IMG/VR virus record: IMGVR_UViG_3300037067_015585
Coordinates: 1-64,000 of that record
Length of the DNA stretch: 64,000 nt
Source: a virus
Taxonomy: Duplodnaviria > Caudoviricetes
Strand: one strand, 5' to 3'
Made by a program: the position numbers and the translations under genes. Below the pieces are notes generated by a model that searched no databases, was not told where the DNA came from, and saw nothing but the letters and a program-made list of their open reading frames with translations. Below are positions 26,871 to 35,863 of this stretch, one piece after another. Each line of letters begins with the position of its first letter. The first letter of the stretch is position 1.

Positions 26871-27871
26871 AGATTTTCTGGCGATTTCTGCTTTAGTTGT
26901 TTTGCTGCGGCGATCAATATGGTCTGAAAGCCTTCACCACTATCAGCTTGTCTTGTCGTTATAGCATCTACAAGCACTGGCGGAATCTCTATACGACACG
27001 ATTTACGCCGTCTACTCTTGATTCCGTCGAACTCTCCACACGAGTTCATCTTATTAACTATTTCAGTTAATTCACATAGTGCCTGATGCTTTGTTACAAT
27101 TTCAGGTCGTCCATATCCAAGGTTGCTGAGTAGGCGAAAATCATCATTGGTTAGACGGCATACGACGCACCTACGTTGCAACTTCGTAGGTTCATTTCGA
27201 CGTCTGATTCGCTCTGCTTGTGAATACGATTTGTTATTAGGCTTCTTAAAGATGTTCGGTAGCGGATATTTTTCGCGATACCTCGTAGCGGCAGCGATAA
27301 GAATGCCTCGATATTTGCTGTCTATGCGTCCTTTTGTATTTGTAGCGTTGCGAATCGCTTCGTCGAGATCAACAGGCAGCTTTAAACGGACCGATTTAAA
27401 CTTCGGTTTCTTGATCTCGATGGTCTGTACAATAGGTACAAGTGAAGTGAAATCATAATCGGATAGCCCCCTCAGCATCGCTTCTTCATCTTGCTTAAGC
27501 TGAACTGTTTTTTGAACGCCACGTTTCAATGGTTTTGGTTTTGATATGTTTGGTTTTTTTGCTGATCTGCGAAGACACGTTTGTCTCTGAGCAACCAAAA
27601 GAATTTGTTTGATCGTCATAGTCCGCAATTGTAATGATTTTTCTCTCACACTTACCAAGAACACATTGCTACAAAAAGAGGCGTCAATATACTTCTTGAA
27701 ATCACTAACAACATATGTTCCGATGCAGTCGTATGGCCCTTCATCGCTTTCTTCGATGAACCGTTTAGCCGCTGTTGACGTCTCGGAAACGACGAGACCT
27801 ATGATGCCAGCGACATTTATTACTACCGGCTGGTTATTTTTAGTGAATACGAACATAGCTTGACTCCTCAA
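26867..27871 (-). CDS. hypothetical basic protein with two internal RHH-like segments (start may be MFVFTK at 27856)
   Basis: SVRLKLPVDLDEAI...ILIAAA and SCRIEIPPVLVDAI...ILIAAA repeated. Confidence 0.55.
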   Translation of the reverse strand: MRSQAMFVFTKNNQPVVINVAGIIGLVVSETSTAAKRFIEESDEGPYDCIGTYVVSDFKKYIDASFCSNVFLVSVREKSLQLRTMTIKQILLVAQRQTCLRRSAKKPNISKPKPLKRGVQKTVQLKQDEEAMLRGLSDYDFTSLVPIVQTIEIKKPKFKSVRLKLPVDLDEAIRNATNTKGRIDSKYRGILIAAATRYREKYPLPNIFKKPNNKSYSQAERIRRRNEPTKLQRRCVVCRLTNDDFRLLSNLGYGRPEIVTKHQALCELTEIVNKMNSCGEFDGIKSRRRKSCRIEIPPVLVDAITTRQADSGEGFQTILIAAAKQLKQKSPENL

Positions 27872-27875
27872 GCCA

Positions 27876-27904
27876 TTTATAGCACGACAAATATGATATA
27901 TTAA
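27876..27904 (-). promoter_or_regulatory. promoter TTAATA-N17-TATAAA with GTCGTGC before -10
   Basis: shared motif; intergenic. Confidence 0.6.
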
Positions 27905-28261
27905 TCAGGCCGGTCCGTCAGCCGGTTCGTCCATTGTATATTCGTAATTAACTTTAGCAACGGCATCGTCGGGCAACGATTTTGTAAGTATTATCTGTAC
28001 TGTCCTTGCATTGCTATCACATATAGTGCCCCACGACCCCATCCCCTGTAGACACTCTTCGGTTCCAACACAATTGAATGGCTTTCCATTTTCATCAAAA
28101 GGAATGCGAAGAATGAGGCTACCGTCACCTTTACGTATTTCGGCAACAACAGTTCCAGCAAGAACAGGTCTAAATTCCAAGGTGCAAGAAATAGTCATTC
28201 TTGACGGATGGATGGTCATCGGTTCATCACGGACTAATTGAGAAGTATAATAAGCGTTCAT
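27905..28261 (-). CDS. stand-alone paralog of the major capsid protein insertion domain
   Basis: YY.SQ.V..E..TI.P..M....TL..RPVLAGTVV.E...LR..FD.NG.P...LP.DAVA.VNYEY shared with the MCP. Confidence 0.8.
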   Translation of the reverse strand: MNAYYTSQLVRDEPMTIHPSRMTISCTLEFRPVLAGTVVAEIRKGDGSLILRIPFDENGKPFNCVGTEECLQGMGSWGTICDSNARTVQIILTKSLPDDAVAKVNYEYTMDEPADGPA

Positions 28262-28269
28262 GTTTTTCC

Positions 28270-28614
28270 TTAATATAGGTTAGTATCACTTAGAACATCA
28301 ATGAATTCTTCCAGATGATCCCATCCCCCAAGATCATAGGCCAACTGCTTCGCTCTGATAATTAAACCGAGTATGTCCTTTTCATCATCTGCATTACGTC
28401 GATATTTGCGGCGCAGCGGAGGCACTTTACCATCAGCCACGCGTTTTGCTGCGCTGAACATCGATCGTTCGCAATTTGGTAAGCCGTACTTCTGAAAATG
28501 TGCGTCTACTTGCTGGATAGTCGCATTAGGCCCATACTTTTTGAAGGCTTCTACTGCGATTTCTCTTTTCAATTTGCCATTAAAACGCGGAGCGGATGTT
28601 CTATTTTGCGGCAT
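28270..28614 (-). CDS. hypothetical basic protein (possibly nucleoid-associated)
   Basis: 114-aa ORF. Confidence 0.55.
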   Translation of the reverse strand: MPQNRTSAPRFNGKLKREIAVEAFKKYGPNATIQQVDAHFQKYGLPNCERSMFSAAKRVADGKVPPLRRKYRRNADDEKDILGLIIRAKQLAYDLGGWDHLEEFIDVLSDTNLY

Positions 28615-29158
28615 TACAACTCACTTTATTTCGTGGTTTCTTGGTAATCTTCATTAGATACGCATAATATTCTTGTTTCGGTAGCCTGAACCATTCTGGC
28701 ATTATCGCACGTATCAACTCATCAAAATCGGCATCATAACCGGCGTTTGTCTTGCAAGTATAATTGTTTAATGCTGCACCAAGCGATCTTTCTATTTCGT
28801 CTTTCGACCTATTTGACGGTCGCTTTTGTATACTCCTGGCCATCTCAAGTAATGTCGCCTTCTTCGTAGCCGGATCTCGTGGACCCCATGATGATCGCGG
28901 TCTACCAGGCTTTCGAATAAATTGCTCACTTTTCGAATCAAGCCAGATTTTATCACCGCCACTAACATCGCAGGCAAATATTACGACTTTAGCCTTACCA
29001 TCGTCGTCGAATATACCAGAGATAGGCTCATCAAGCTCACAATGATAAGACCGAATACCGGAGCTCCTATGTGCTGTCACTTCTAGCACAACACTATCGC
29101 GAACAGACAAGGTGCCTGTGACAGTATAGAGCCTTTGCATAATATTACCCAAATTCAT
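28601..29158 (-). CDS. protein with a single C-terminal PDWF-type repeat
   Basis: KKATLLEMARS..KRPSNRSKDEIERSLGAALNNYT...YDADFDELIRAIMPEWF. Confidence 0.75.
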   Translation of the reverse strand: MNLGNIMQRLYTVTGTLSVRDSVVLEVTAHRSSGIRSYHCELDEPISGIFDDDGKAKVVIFACDVSGGDKIWLDSKSEQFIRKPGRPRSSWGPRDPATKKATLLEMARSIQKRPSNRSKDEIERSLGAALNNYTCKTNAGYDADFDELIRAIMPEWFRLPKQEYYAYLMKITKKPRNKVSCNAAK

Positions 29159-29549
29159 CGAATTCTTGAAACGATTCGGTGTTTGGCTCTTCTATAGCCA
29201 TAAATTGTCGTATTTTCTTTTTATATAGCCACTCAGGTAAATCAATCGCTGTCAGGTTCCTCGCGTCACCATGTAATATTGGTGGAGTTCTCGCATTCCT
29301 CATAATCGGAATCCAGACATCAGATCGATTCCCAGGCATACTAATAAGATACGCTTTTTCTGATTGCTTTGCCAATATTGTTCCTTCTGGTAAACTGATG
29401 GTGCGGTAAAAGAAGTTAGGATTTGGTGGGCGACGATATTCACCATCTTCCCAATTCTCAGAATTTCCACGAGGATCGTCTTCCTCGTTATACCGACGCC
29501 ACGGCTCTGTTTCATAATCATACCACTGTCCATTATCGTCGTAAGGCAT
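29145..29549 (-). CDS. hypothetical phage protein (SEKAYL...WIP...PEWL.KKK)
   Basis: ORF; small beta-domain motif of a kind seen in phage proteins. Confidence 0.55.
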   Translation of the reverse strand: MPYDDNGQWYDYETEPWRRYNEEDDPRGNSENWEDGEYRRPPNPNFFYRTISLPEGTILAKQSEKAYLISMPGNRSDVWIPIMRNARTPPILHGDARNLTAIDLPEWLYKKKIRQFMAIEEPNTESFQEFDEFG

Positions 29550-30310
29550 TATTTATGTTTTTGCTTTTTTAATGCTCTGAATGCTATAGAGGCAGCAGAC
29601 GATTTAATCTGCAGCATCTTAATTTCCGGAATAGTTCCCATATGCACCCATAGCTGAGATGGTACAAACAATGCTCTTGTAAAGTCTGGAGGCGCATCGC
29701 AGCGATCCGCACGGCTCTCTAATCTACCATAGTGGACATACGGTATCTTGGAATCGATTGGTCTTCCTTTTTCAAAAGCCTCATCAATGATTTTATTCAG
29801 CTTTGGCGATATTGATATGTAATACACTTCGCCACGTATATCACAATAAACGAACCAAGCGAACTTAAAAAATGATGCGCAAGGAGAATCGCGAAAGCCG
29901 CACGCCATCTGTAAATTGCGTATCTTCCATTCTGGTATACCAACACCAAGAGAACGGCTTTCGTCGAGATGTGAAAAAACGTATCTGGTATACTTTATTT
30001 CTCCAATATACTCGCCAATTGAATCATACCAATCAAGAGGAGGGTTTGGCCAACCATCACGCTTTAGTTTGAATATTGAGCGGTTTGGAGCCTTTGGGTA
30101 GTGTGTATTGAGATATTCTTGAATCACTTCACGTGTGAATTCTTCAACAAGCGACGATTCTAATAAAATCGTATTCCTGTCATCCGCGACGTTTGCTGAT
30201 TTTTTAGAGTCAGATGAAGATGAACTACTAGGTTTTTTGATATCCTTAAAAACATTCATGAATGCATTGTAATAACTTTCAATCTGTTCCATTTTGTTTG
30301 TCTGCTTCAT
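29549..30310 (-). CDS. hypothetical protein
   Basis: 253-aa ORF. Confidence 0.6.
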   Translation of the reverse strand: MKQTNKMEQIESYYNAFMNVFKDIKKPSSSSSSDSKKSANVADDRNTILLESSLVEEFTREVIQEYLNTHYPKAPNRSIFKLKRDGWPNPPLDWYDSIGEYIGEIKYTRYVFSHLDESRSLGVGIPEWKIRNLQMACGFRDSPCASFFKFAWFVYCDIRGEVYYISISPKLNKIIDEAFEKGRPIDSKIPYVHYGRLESRADRCDAPPDFTRALFVPSQLWVHMGTIPEIKMLQIKSSAASIAFRALKKQKHK

Positions 30311-30512
30311 TGTCTGTTATCCTACAAAATCTCTGGTTTGATTGCGTACCAAATAATACGGAAAATCGAGTTTTATATCTTCTTGTTTCTTCATTAATGA
30401 GCGACTAGTTGAGTTCATCATCCTTGATATAGAAAGCTGATTCCGGAAACGTCGGATCGGCCAATGCCATTATCGCCTGCTCTTTGGTCATGCCTTTACT
30501 ATGTGTTCTCTA

Positions 30513-32324
30513 TCAATCAATATTATATGTGAATCTATTCTTTGGCGATTCTTTCACTTTCATATAATGTTCTGATATCGCATATTGATCTTCTGTTATT
30601 GATTTATTTTTAGCACTATCCCAGACAGTCTTCTTATGAATGATTTTACCAGACTTGTCCTCATAATGATAGCTTGCTTTTGTCGATCCATCTAGTTTCC
30701 AACCAGCGGCTTTATACATTGTCCCAATATGGCCAACAGTCGTATCTGCAAATGCTACAAACTTTAATACTTCTGGATGCTGTTTACGATACGTAGCTGT
30801 CACCTTGGATAATAGCCAACTTGCGAAATTGTGTTTATGATAATCTGGGTGAATGCAAAATCTTGCTAATTCTCTAATTTGTGATGGTAGTACATTTTGT
30901 TTTTTTGCTATCTCATTCCTCGTGATCGATCCAATAGTTGCGCAGGCTATAAGCCTGTCGTATAAGTATGCACCAATAGTAAAACCATGCCTACCTGTTC
31001 TTCCGAGATAATGAAAACAACCATAGAATCGCAAGTAATCAGCCTTAGATACTTCTAAAACAATCAAGTCATTAAAATTGAATTCGGTCGGTTGTAATAT
31101 TGCAGACAATCTATCAGATAATTCATCAAGATTCGAATTATCCAAAACAAAAAATTTATCCAAAAAAGTGTCGAATCCCGCTTTGATTTTTTCAAGTTCT
31201 TTTGGCTGTTTTGCTAGCCATATCGACTTCATTTCGATGATGAGAAAATCGCCATTCTCAAGCCAAATTCGAAAATCGGGAATAAATATGTGTATACCAT
31301 TATAATCATATTCAACTAATGCAAAATCGCGTTCAAGATGAACAATTCGACGATCACTATCACACTTTTCAATGAATGCTAACTCATAACTTGAATCGAA
31401 TTGAATTTGACCAAATCTGGTATGTATTGCTCCCTTATATGAATTACATTTACCTTCTTGTCTCAGCCTACTGATTAGTTCGGAATCTGCTTTCCTTTTT
31501 TCAAGATCTAGCCATAACTCTTTTTGCTTCTGAGAAACAATAACTGCATAGTCTGGATTTTGTTCCCAAAACACCCTTCCAGATATTGATCCGATTTCGG
31601 CACAATATTTTGCTATTTCTTCTGGGTGCTTCTTACCGAAAAATGGATTGCCTTCCCCGGACATTATTTCAGATGTGGTTCTTATAACGATACCGCGAGA
31701 TTCTAAAATAGTTCGCACATATGTCATAGTGCAATCGTGTTTCTCAGCAGTTTTTGATAAAGACCCTAATTTTAGATAGTCGGCAGCTATCTCATCCTTA
31801 TTTAATGGTACATCATGCTTACGATGGCCATTAAACTTCATAATTGGTGCCCTCAGCTTCACACCCATCCTATTCAATTTCCTATCAATGCTTTCGACAC
31901 TAATAGAATATTTCTTTGATAGCTCGGTTAATGTATTGCCAGCCTGATATTCTGCGGCTATTTTTGTATAATTATATGGTTTTGGTGGCTGTATAATCGC
32001 GTGATTGGCGCATAGCCTTGAGATTGCTGATGTCGATCTCCCAACTGACAGCGCAATCTCTGAAAGAGATTTACCCGATCCGCGTAAATCTGAAATCGCT
32101 TTTAAAATATCAGGTTTATCTAAATCTGACTTTACACCGATGTGCCCAGCATCAGAAGCAGATCTCGATAAACCAAGAATATTACAAAGCTTCATTATTG
32201 TCCGTCTTGACACGCCAAATTTTTCGGCTATCTCTTGCTGAGTGGCACCGTTATTAAATAAATATCTAACTTCTACTTTATCAGAATCAGAGAATCGATC
32301 GGTAACTGGAATTGGTGATGGCAT
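30513..32324 (-). CDS. multi-HTH + NUMOD3 + TnsA-like PD-(D/E)xK endonuclease + Mom-like GNAT domain fusion
   Basis: HTHs (QQEIAEKFGVSRRTI etc.), GEGNPFFGKKH, DSSYE...FIPDF...IEMKS, HYLG...ELARFC...FADT..GH.GT.YKAAGW. Confidence 0.8.
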   Translation of the reverse strand: MPSPIPVTDRFSDSDKVEVRYLFNNGATQQEIAEKFGVSRRTIMKLCNILGLSRSASDAGHIGVKSDLDKPDILKAISDLRGSGKSLSEIALSVGRSTSAISRLCANHAIIQPPKPYNYTKIAAEYQAGNTLTELSKKYSISVESIDRKLNRMGVKLRAPIMKFNGHRKHDVPLNKDEIAADYLKLGSLSKTAEKHDCTMTYVRTILESRGIVIRTTSEIMSGEGNPFFGKKHPEEIAKYCAEIGSISGRVFWEQNPDYAVIVSQKQKELWLDLEKRKADSELISRLRQEGKCNSYKGAIHTRFGQIQFDSSYELAFIEKCDSDRRIVHLERDFALVEYDYNGIHIFIPDFRIWLENGDFLIIEMKSIWLAKQPKELEKIKAGFDTFLDKFFVLDNSNLDELSDRLSAILQPTEFNFNDLIVLEVSKADYLRFYGCFHYLGRTGRHGFTIGAYLYDRLIACATIGSITRNEIAKKQNVLPSQIRELARFCIHPDYHKHNFASWLLSKVTATYRKQHPEVLKFVAFADTTVGHIGTMYKAAGWKLDGSTKASYHYEDKSGKIIHKKTVWDSAKNKSITEDQYAISEHYMKVKESPKNRFTYNID

Positions 32325-32376
32325 TATGACTTGGATAAATATTGATTTTCACACATTAAATACGTGTCATAATTTC

Positions 32377-32405
32377 ATTATATCATAGCCAAGTCGATGT
32401 GTCAA
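32377..32405 (-). promoter_or_regulatory. consensus sigma70 promoter TTGACA-N17-TATAAT for the endonuclease/Mom-like gene
   Basis: perfect consensus just downstream of the capsid terminator. Confidence 0.85.
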
Positions 32406-32412
32406 TATCTAT

Positions 32413-32448
32413 AAAAAGAGCCGGGTGGGATTTCTCCAACCCGGCTCT
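32413..32448 (-). terminator. Rho-independent terminator after the major capsid gene
   Basis: AGAGCCGGGT...ACCCGGCTCT stem followed by a U-tract on the minus strand. Confidence 0.85.
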
Positions 32449-32481
32449 AGATTTTCGTTTTCACAATATTATGACAAACTA

Positions 32482-34080
32482 TTAGAGGTTTGTCACAGAT
32501 ATCGTACCGTAATAGAGGCCACCATCCTCGATCAGTTTCTTTCCATAACGTGTCATAATCCCCTTGGTGGGGGTGTGGCTGTTCGGATCGAGAACTGTTG
32601 GAGTGCTCAGCAGTGGGATGTACGGAGCGTAGAAGTAACCAGCATCCAGAACGCTCGAACCCTTGAAGCCCAAGAGGATCTTGCAGTTCGGGAAGAGTGG
32701 GTCCTTGTACAACCGCAACTTGCCCTGGATCGTACCAGCGTTCATGATTCCGATGTCCACACCCTCTTGTACGAAGGCGTCTGACGAACGGAAGTCATTC
32801 AGCTGTTCGAACTTGGAGCTGATATCAGCGGAGGTCACCATCCAGTTGGCAGGACCACGCAAGGTGGTTCTGTGGATGATATTGGCAACTTCGAGCACCT
32901 TGTAGAGCAAGGCGATATTACGGTCTGTGAAGTTGACTGAAGCACCGGCTGCGGTGGCGAAGTTATGAGTCGCACGAATAGCGGCAGCGATAATCAAGTC
33001 GTTGATGATTTCGCGGTCGATTTCGGCGACCATTTCATCGGCCATGAGGTCCGTCAATGTGCTCTCGGCGTCAATGTTGTGCACTGACTTGAGATCTTGA
33101 GCGGCTTCCAACGACCACGAGGTCTTGAGCTTACGAGTAACAGCCGCAACGCTATCACTGTCGATGCTCAACGTGACTTCTGGTTGGAAAGGATTCGCTT
33201 CGAGGTCGTACTCGTAGTTAACGCGAGCAACGGCGTCGGCTGGAAGAGGACTGCCGGACAACGTAACCTTGGCAACACCGGTCGTATGATCGAACGACGT
33301 AGCGCCTGGGGTGATGTCAACATTCAATTCACCCATCGTACCACTGCAATCGCCCTTGACCACGACGTCTGGCGCACCGTTCGCGTCGAAACTGACGCGG
33401 AGGCAAGGAATCGGGTTGTCGCAATTCGGGCCAGCGGCGGCGAGATTGTCGTAAACTTCGACCACAACCGTACCAGCCAAAACTGGACGATGGGCCAAGG
33501 TCTGTGTAACAACCATGTTGCCTGGCTGAATCGTGGCGTCCTCACCGTGCACTTCTTGCGAAGAGTAGTAAGGATCGAGTGCCCATCCGTTTTGCTTCGC
33601 ATAAGCCTGCGAAGTGTTCTGACGCATGATCTGGGTACCAGCGATTGTCTGGCCCTTGGTCATGGCGTACTTGTAGCGGATGTAGAAAATCAATGAAGCC
33701 GGTTGGCTCATTGGCTGAACGCCGACCAAATTGTCAGCGATCAACTTGGGGAAGCTCTTGCGGAGCAAAGGCAACGCAAAGCGGGTAAAGTCCGCGATGT
33801 TGCCGGTGGTCGTCTGATCTTCCAAGATCATCGAACGACCGGTCGGGTTCATGTGCTTGTACTGGTTCTCGAACAAAGCCGACATCAAGCCCATCTTTTG
33901 GGGCCGAATTTCGCGGCATTTGTTGAGGACCGGAGCCCAACGCTTCACTGTCGGGTTCTTGGTCGATTCGTACAAGACAGTTGCTTGGTGCGGATCGGCT
34001 GTTTCGGTAATCATCTGGCGACGATTACGTGATTCGACCAGATGGCGAGCCTGCGGCTTGTTTTGTCTAGTAGCCAACAT
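32482..34080 (-). CDS. major capsid protein, T4 gp23-like
   Basis: LVGVQPM.QP..LIF, TRKLK..WS.EAAQDL...H.IDAE, EIDREII, G.FYAPYIPL, P.KGIMTRYG. Confidence 0.97.
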   Translation of the reverse strand: MLATRQNKPQARHLVESRNRRQMITETADPHQATVLYESTKNPTVKRWAPVLNKCREIRPQKMGLMSALFENQYKHMNPTGRSMILEDQTTTGNIADFTRFALPLLRKSFPKLIADNLVGVQPMSQPASLIFYIRYKYAMTKGQTIAGTQIMRQNTSQAYAKQNGWALDPYYSSQEVHGEDATIQPGNMVVTQTLAHRPVLAGTVVVEVYDNLAAAGPNCDNPIPCLRVSFDANGAPDVVVKGDCSGTMGELNVDITPGATSFDHTTGVAKVTLSGSPLPADAVARVNYEYDLEANPFQPEVTLSIDSDSVAAVTRKLKTSWSLEAAQDLKSVHNIDAESTLTDLMADEMVAEIDREIINDLIIAAAIRATHNFATAAGASVNFTDRNIALLYKVLEVANIIHRTTLRGPANWMVTSADISSKFEQLNDFRSSDAFVQEGVDIGIMNAGTIQGKLRLYKDPLFPNCKILLGFKGSSVLDAGYFYAPYIPLLSTPTVLDPNSHTPTKGIMTRYGKKLIEDGGLYYGTISVTNL

Positions 34081-34157
34081 AGGGAAATGTCCTTGTTAGT
34101 GTGTTGCTTGCTTCAAAGATACTAGCCACGTGGCTATGTATCAGAAGATCGAATTGT

Positions 34158-34838
34158 TCAGATAACCTCGTCCATGGCGGCTGCCACTTCAGCTGGGCTG
34201 CGTGGAGGCTGCATGGTTCCGACTGGTGCCACACGCTTAACCACAGTAGTCGTTTCAACGTTCTCTTTGAGAGTTCGCTGAGTTGTCCGACGTGGTGCGG
34301 AGTTGCGTGATTCATCAATTCTGCCAGTTTTCGGCGTGTCTCGGTTTTCACTCAAAGATTGCTCCAAAACGCGGTTGCGTTTGAGAACTCGCTCTGAAAT
34401 GCTGACACAACGCTTCGCCTTGGCAACTGCGCCGTTGCGCTCTTCTACGAGATGCTCTGCAAGCTTTCTGAACTTGTCGATTTCAGCCTTAAGTTCACTG
34501 TTAGACTGGCCATCAAGCTCAATGCCCTCTAAGAGAGCATAGATTTTTTCGAGCTTGGCAACAGCTTCAGTTTCCTTATTAGCAGACTGCCGGGTTATGA
34601 GCTCTTCGATAGTAGAGTTCTTAGCTTCTAAGAAGATTTGGAGCCGTCTAGAAAGTTCAGCCTTATGGGCCTCAACCTCTTCAAAGCACACCTTCTTTGC
34701 TTTCGCAAGGCGTGTTTGAAATTCTGTGTCCGACTGCTCTTTCAGCGTATTTGCGTGGTTGTCGATAGCTCCGCATAATTCGGCGGAAGTTTCAGGTGAC
34801 AAACCACATTTTTGCAATAGCTGCTTAATTTTGTCCAT
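34158..34838 (-). CDS. prohead scaffold/core protein (gp22-like)
   Basis: coiled coil; immediately upstream of the MCP; strong RBS. Confidence 0.7.
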   Translation of the reverse strand: MDKIKQLLQKCGLSPETSAELCGAIDNHANTLKEQSDTEFQTRLAKAKKVCFEEVEAHKAELSRRLQIFLEAKNSTIEELITRQSANKETEAVAKLEKIYALLEGIELDGQSNSELKAEIDKFRKLAEHLVEERNGAVAKAKRCVSISERVLKRNRVLEQSLSENRDTPKTGRIDESRNSAPRRTTQRTLKENVETTTVVKRVAPVGTMQPPRSPAEVAAAMDEVI

Positions 34839-34910
34839 CTTAGGATCAGCTCCTGTAGTTATTTAGGTCTTTCACTCCCAGACCTCTGATATTATTTTTG
34901 CTCAGTAATG

Positions 34911-35174
34911 CTATTCTTGTTCTATCTCATCAGTATTTCCTAGAAATAACCAATGGGTAGGACACTTACACCAAGGGCACGGTCCAGATGCTTCTTGTGG
35001 TTCTTTATCACCCTTTACAATGCATCCTCCGTTCTCGACACCGCATTCTGGATTAGTGCATTTTCTGGTCCAGATATTACCCTCAGCAAATCCGACACTC
35101 ATCGATCCAGTACTATGGCATTTCTCGCAATTTGCGTTCTTGCCACCAAGACAAAATGGACATTTAGCTTTCAT
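34911..35174 (-). CDS. small Cys-rich zinc-finger protein
   Basis: CPFC, CEKC, CTNPEC, CPWC motifs. Confidence 0.6.
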   Translation of the reverse strand: MKAKCPFCLGGKNANCEKCHSTGSMSVGFAEGNIWTRKCTNPECGVENGGCIVKGDKEPQEASGPCPWCKCPTHWLFLGNTDEIEQE

Positions 35175-35249
35175 ATTATTATTTACGTTTAGGTTTTGTA
35201 GTTCTTCTCTGTATTAAGTTTGTTGAAATATACGAAGGAGGAGACAGCT

Positions 35250-35477
35250 ATGGCAGATACACCTTGTGCACATCTAGACGAGCTATTGAAATGTGAAGTT
35301 GATATTATAAAGAGGCATCTAGAAAGACATAAATGGTATAATGCTATTCCAGATGAGGCTGAGGGAATATCAGACTTTATAAAAAGATATGGATGGCTAA
35401 TGCGAGAACTATATTGCGGTTATGCGTGCCCAGACAGAAATAATTGCAATCTAGGCATCAAAGTGAACATTAGCTAG
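35250..35477 (+). CDS. small hypothetical protein (I..H...HKWY...A..DF...YG)
   Basis: AAGGAGG RBS before MADTP. Confidence 0.6.
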   Translation: MADTPCAHLDELLKCEVDIIKRHLERHKWYNAIPDEAEGISDFIKRYGWLMRELYCGYACPDRNNCNLGIKVNIS

Positions 35478-35853
35478 GTGGTGGTGTATATTGCCCACCG
35501 CCACCAGGACCAAGTGTGATATTGGTGTTCGATATCATTCGCAAAGCCGCCATCAAAACGCTAGTGGCCGTCACGCCAGTCCCAGCACCAATAATTGTAG
35601 TGCCACCACTATATATGCCATAACCAATTAAACCAACACCAACAAATAACATGCTCAATCCGACAATCATAGTGCGACTCTTGTACCAAGCCTTGCTACC
35701 GCGCATTTCTATGACGCCATCAGCAAATCCTTTTGCCCATTCTTTACGCTGTTTTGGATCTGTGTAGGCACACTGTTTATGCAATTCGACGGCCTGCCAA
35801 CCTTCCCAATATTCGACAGATTTAGTTCTATCATTCTTCAGAAATGCGAGCAT
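35470..35853 (-). CDS. membrane protein, holin-like (KAWYKSRT + 2 TMs)
   Basis: TAAGGAG RBS before MLAFLK; WYKS.T motif and two hydrophobic helices. Confidence 0.55.
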   Translation of the reverse strand: MLAFLKNDRTKSVEYWEGWQAVELHKQCAYTDPKQRKEWAKGFADGVIEMRGSKAWYKSRTMIVGLSMLFVGVGLIGYGIYSGGTTIIGAGTGVTATSVLMAALRMISNTNITLGPGGGGQYTPPPS

Positions 35854-35863
35854 TTTGGGCTCC

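Noticed and set aside
32425-34351. Overlapping and antisense ORFs across the capsid and scaffold genes (e.g. 33097..33696 +)
   Set aside because: These are shadows of GC-rich real genes and have no motifs or RBS.
34865-34885. AGGTCT...AGACCT hairpin upstream of the scaffold gene as a terminator
   Set aside because: The stem is only 6 bp with no U-tract on the coding strand. It may be a 5' UTR hairpin but is too weak to call.
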